This document shows, one piece after another, positions 60,829 to 64,000 of a stretch of 64,000 bases of DNA. Source of the DNA: Daphnia carinata (Eukaryota); contig NC_081333.1 of the NCBI RefSeq assembly GCF_022539665.2, positions 9,486,001-9,550,000 on the forward strand. The letters are read 5' to 3'. The translations under genes and the position numbers were made by a program. Positions within the stretch are counted from its first letter, which is position 1, and the number at the start of each line of letters is the position of its first letter. The notes beneath the pieces are model-generated. The model did no database searches and was not told the DNA's origin. It saw nothing but the letters and a program-made list of their open reading frames with translations.

Positions 60829-63800
60829 ATGCGCGTAAAAGTTGATCCTGTGTCCGTTGTTTGTTTGCATTATCTGAGGCACGTAAATCTCATCTCACAG
60901 GGAATCGATTCCATTTATGGCCGCTTAAATAGCGCATCTGTAATAGTCGCGATAATAGTTGTAGTATTAGAAACATCTGCTTGCCTGCTGCCGTAATGGC
61001 AGGCTGCTAACTTGTATAAGCAGCAAGGGTGTCAGGATTTGGTTTACAGGCTGCCGTCGGCTGTTTTGCGGATGCTTTGTAATCCGGAACTCTCCTTTCG
61101 CTTTTGTGTTCCATCTTTCTTCCTACCACCGCTTAAACCACGAACATCCCCCCATCATTTCTCGTTCGTTCTGTACAGGGCTGTTCCCTTTGCCTTATCC
61201 CCACGAAAAAATAGTTCAGCAATTTGTGTTGCTTGGGAACATGGGCCTGCGTTATGTGCACTCCCTATGGACTTTTGGGTTTCAGGGAACTCGTTACGGG
61301 TAGGCGGATGTAAGGGCACTGTTATTTTTCCCTGCTGTTCACGATGCAGGCTAGGTTGCCGATGCTAATGGCCACATCATTACATCATTGCTGTCATGTA
61401 ACTGCACGAAAGATATCCTCCAGTTGCATATATTTTTTGTATCTCTTCCTTTATTCTGTTTCTAGACTTTGTTTCTACGTCAGCTGGATAACAACAAACG
61501 AACCGTTTGTACATCTTTATCGTTCTTTATCATGATTGAAAATACTAGCTGATACTCGTAAGCCCACTTTGCCGATGCTCCCTTTTGCATTATGTGTACT
61601 ATGCCCTCGCTCCTAACGGGCGAGTTGGAATTGTTTCGTGATATCGCCTACTCGCCAATCATACCGGCCACTGGAGACATATGTAATGCTTTGTCCTTAT
61701 ATGTATCACCGGTTAGCCCTCATCGGTTCTCGAGCTGCATCCATCATATCTCATCCGTTTTCTTGTTTCTTTCTGGCTCTTTGTGCTGTTTGTTTCGTCC
61801 AAACATATCCGTTTGTTGTTTGTTTCTTTTCTTTCTCGTCTCCTTCATCCGTCACAATCTCTGAGGGATCAAAGCGCATGTATCATCTTCGCTTTAGCCG
61901 TTGTCGGGACGTATTTATTATCCTCGCCCTTTTGTTTGTTTCCATCTAGGCGGTTTCTATCAACAAAGAGATTGGTCTTTAGAAACTCAATCTTCCAGCA
62001 GCTCCTCGGCAACACTCTGAACCGCCAGCCAACAGTTTAGTGTCAATTTTATCTTGCGACATGTCTAAGAAAAAGGAACAAACAACACAGATCTCAAATT
62101 TCGTTGATTCCAATTTTATTATTGACACCATGCAAAAATTGAATTAGAAAAACGTCCAAATAAAAAGACAATAAGAAACTAACACCAATAGCGCCAACAC
62201 CTAAAAGAACTAGGAATTCATTGCCAAGAATTCTTTTCTCTCGCATTTCCTATTCTTTTTATTTTTTTTTTTTTTTTTTGTTTTTTTGCTCTCCGCACTA
62301 TGCGGACATGGAGAATTACGTATACATGGTACAAAAGTAGTAGCAGCCGGCGGACGAGAGATAAACGATGCGAGAGACGTCTCTACCGATTGAAATTGCG
62401 CAGAACGAGGAGAGATAGAGATGAATAGAACTGCGAAGAGAAAGCGGACAAAAGTCCCAACTCGTTTGGCTTTTTGTCTTGTGATGCGGCCCATGTGCTG
62501 GCGTGTGTGTCGTTGCTGCGAGCCTTGACGACGTAACCAGCGGCAGAGATTCTATTTTCAGTTCTGGCCGTTTCCTACCTCGTATTCTCCCATTGCTATA
62601 CGTAGTCCCGTTTACCTTGGTTGGTTTTTTACGGCCGCTTGATGGTCGTTTTTTTCTCTCTTCCATATTGTTAATTTGCGTCTCTACTGGCTGTACCCCA
62701 AATGAAATGTGTTACACCCGATTGCACATGGCATCTCATTCGTTGCGTGTAGGGGGTCATTCATTTGAGCGACATGGACACAACACACACGGCACAGCTG
62801 TAGATGCAAGCCGCAGCGGCTGTGAATCTTTCACAGTTGTACAGCCTTCCCAAAATAACATGCAAGATTGCAAATATATTCCCTGCTTCCTTTTTATTTC
62901 TTTCATATGCTCCCCAATATTCGAATAGGGAATAAATTCAAACATCTATCGTCTGCTTTTAATCTTTTTTGATTGTGTTGCAAGATGTTGTTGCACGCGG
63001 TCGTTGTGTAGCTTAGCCGACGGACAGTAGAACCATTTGCCTGGTTTGTTTTCGCTTTGCTCCCAATTGCCCAACTTCTGTCCGTCCGCGCTGTTTAATA
63101 TTCTTCAATGCCCACTCACCGCCAACGCGTGTTGCGGCAGTCGCCTGTTGGGGATTTGGACAGAAATACAAACAAGAGTTGGACGGACGAGACTTTACGC
63201 GATTTTTTTACGGCAACGTAAACGTGAAAGGAAGAAAAAGTTTGCTAAAAGTGTTTTCGCGACCAAAGTCTTCTTCACATTACCCAACGTTCAATTCAAT
63301 ATTTCACCCAACGGAAAGTTGACAGGGCCTTAATGCATTTCATGTTCAAAAATAGCCTACACGTATTTCGTTAAATCCCATTAGGGCAATAGAAAATTCA
63401 GCATAGTCTCGTTATTGAGCTGATTGTACAGTTTCTTGTCCACTAAAATAAAAAACCCAACAACACAGCGTTGGCTCTCTAAACCGACGCTTACAACCGT
63501 TGACGTCGCTCTGGTAATGATGATGATTATGACTAGCAGTAACAATCGGATGGTGTGGTCGTAGTTGGTCTTACTTTGCGCGCTTATAAAATATAGCATC
63601 CCTCTTTTTATGTCCATGTGTCCATTGCGTCGCGATCCTGCGTGTCTCTCTGTTTCACTCCTTTTCCTGGGAGAAATGAAGAGGTGGGAGGAGTGTAAGG
63701 GCTCGTGTGTGTGTGTGTGCATATGCGATCAGTAACGGCGCTCGAGCCAGTCCCGGCGTTTACTCAGTCGGCGGCCGTCTTCCGTGACGTTCGCTCAGTT

Positions 63801-64000
63801 TTTAGCCGAGACCGTGCAATTTTTTTTGTTTGTGTTCCCCTTCTTTTGGTCACGAGTGTCCAGTGAAAGGGGAATAAAAAAAAGGCAGTACTCGGTTCTC
63901 TCTCTGTACCACTCTCTCCCTCTCCACTTTTTTTATTGTGCGTGTTTTTGTGTGTGCAGTCATTTCTCCGTCTGTCTGTCTCTTTTTTTTCTCTCTCTCT

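Noticed and set aside
61012..63722. ORFs of 85-141 aa on both strands
   Set aside because: Compositionally biased with no motifs or splice chain; 63.7-64 kb looks promoter-like but any gene lies outside the window

Overview
Eukaryotic, AT-rich arthropod DNA with many 50-90 nt introns; it most resembles a cladoceran such as Daphnia (inferred from style, not verified). Five recognisable multi-exon genes were assembled by hand, plus a Ly6 gene: a GPI-anchored Ly6/three-finger (quiver-like) gene (+, 3888-9154), the PP2A B55 subunit twins (+, 18901/22301-24501), FBXW4 (-, 30578-32450), RhoBTB (+, 40619-47127), a delta-9-type acyl-CoA desaturase (-, 48741-50613) and NFXL1 (+, 53273-57015). Two copies of a non-coding, modular, transposon-like element lie at about 51.6-53.1 kb and 59.6-60.8 kb. 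The top finding does not appear in the ORF track: a five-exon TATA-box gene at about 28.75-30.54 kb. Its spliced mRNA carries a 3-codon uORF (MIY*), then a 50-aa ORF spliced over three exons and ending in Pro-stop, then, 18 nt later, a 79-aa ORF, with ATF4/C-EBP-type elements nearby. This is a candidate stress-regulated bicistronic micropeptide unit. Also notable: a pair of duplicated, frame-enforced mutually exclusive exons in the Ly6 gene, and a three-frame uORF cluster in the RhoBTB leader. All gene models come from splice signals and reading frames only; no searches were run.
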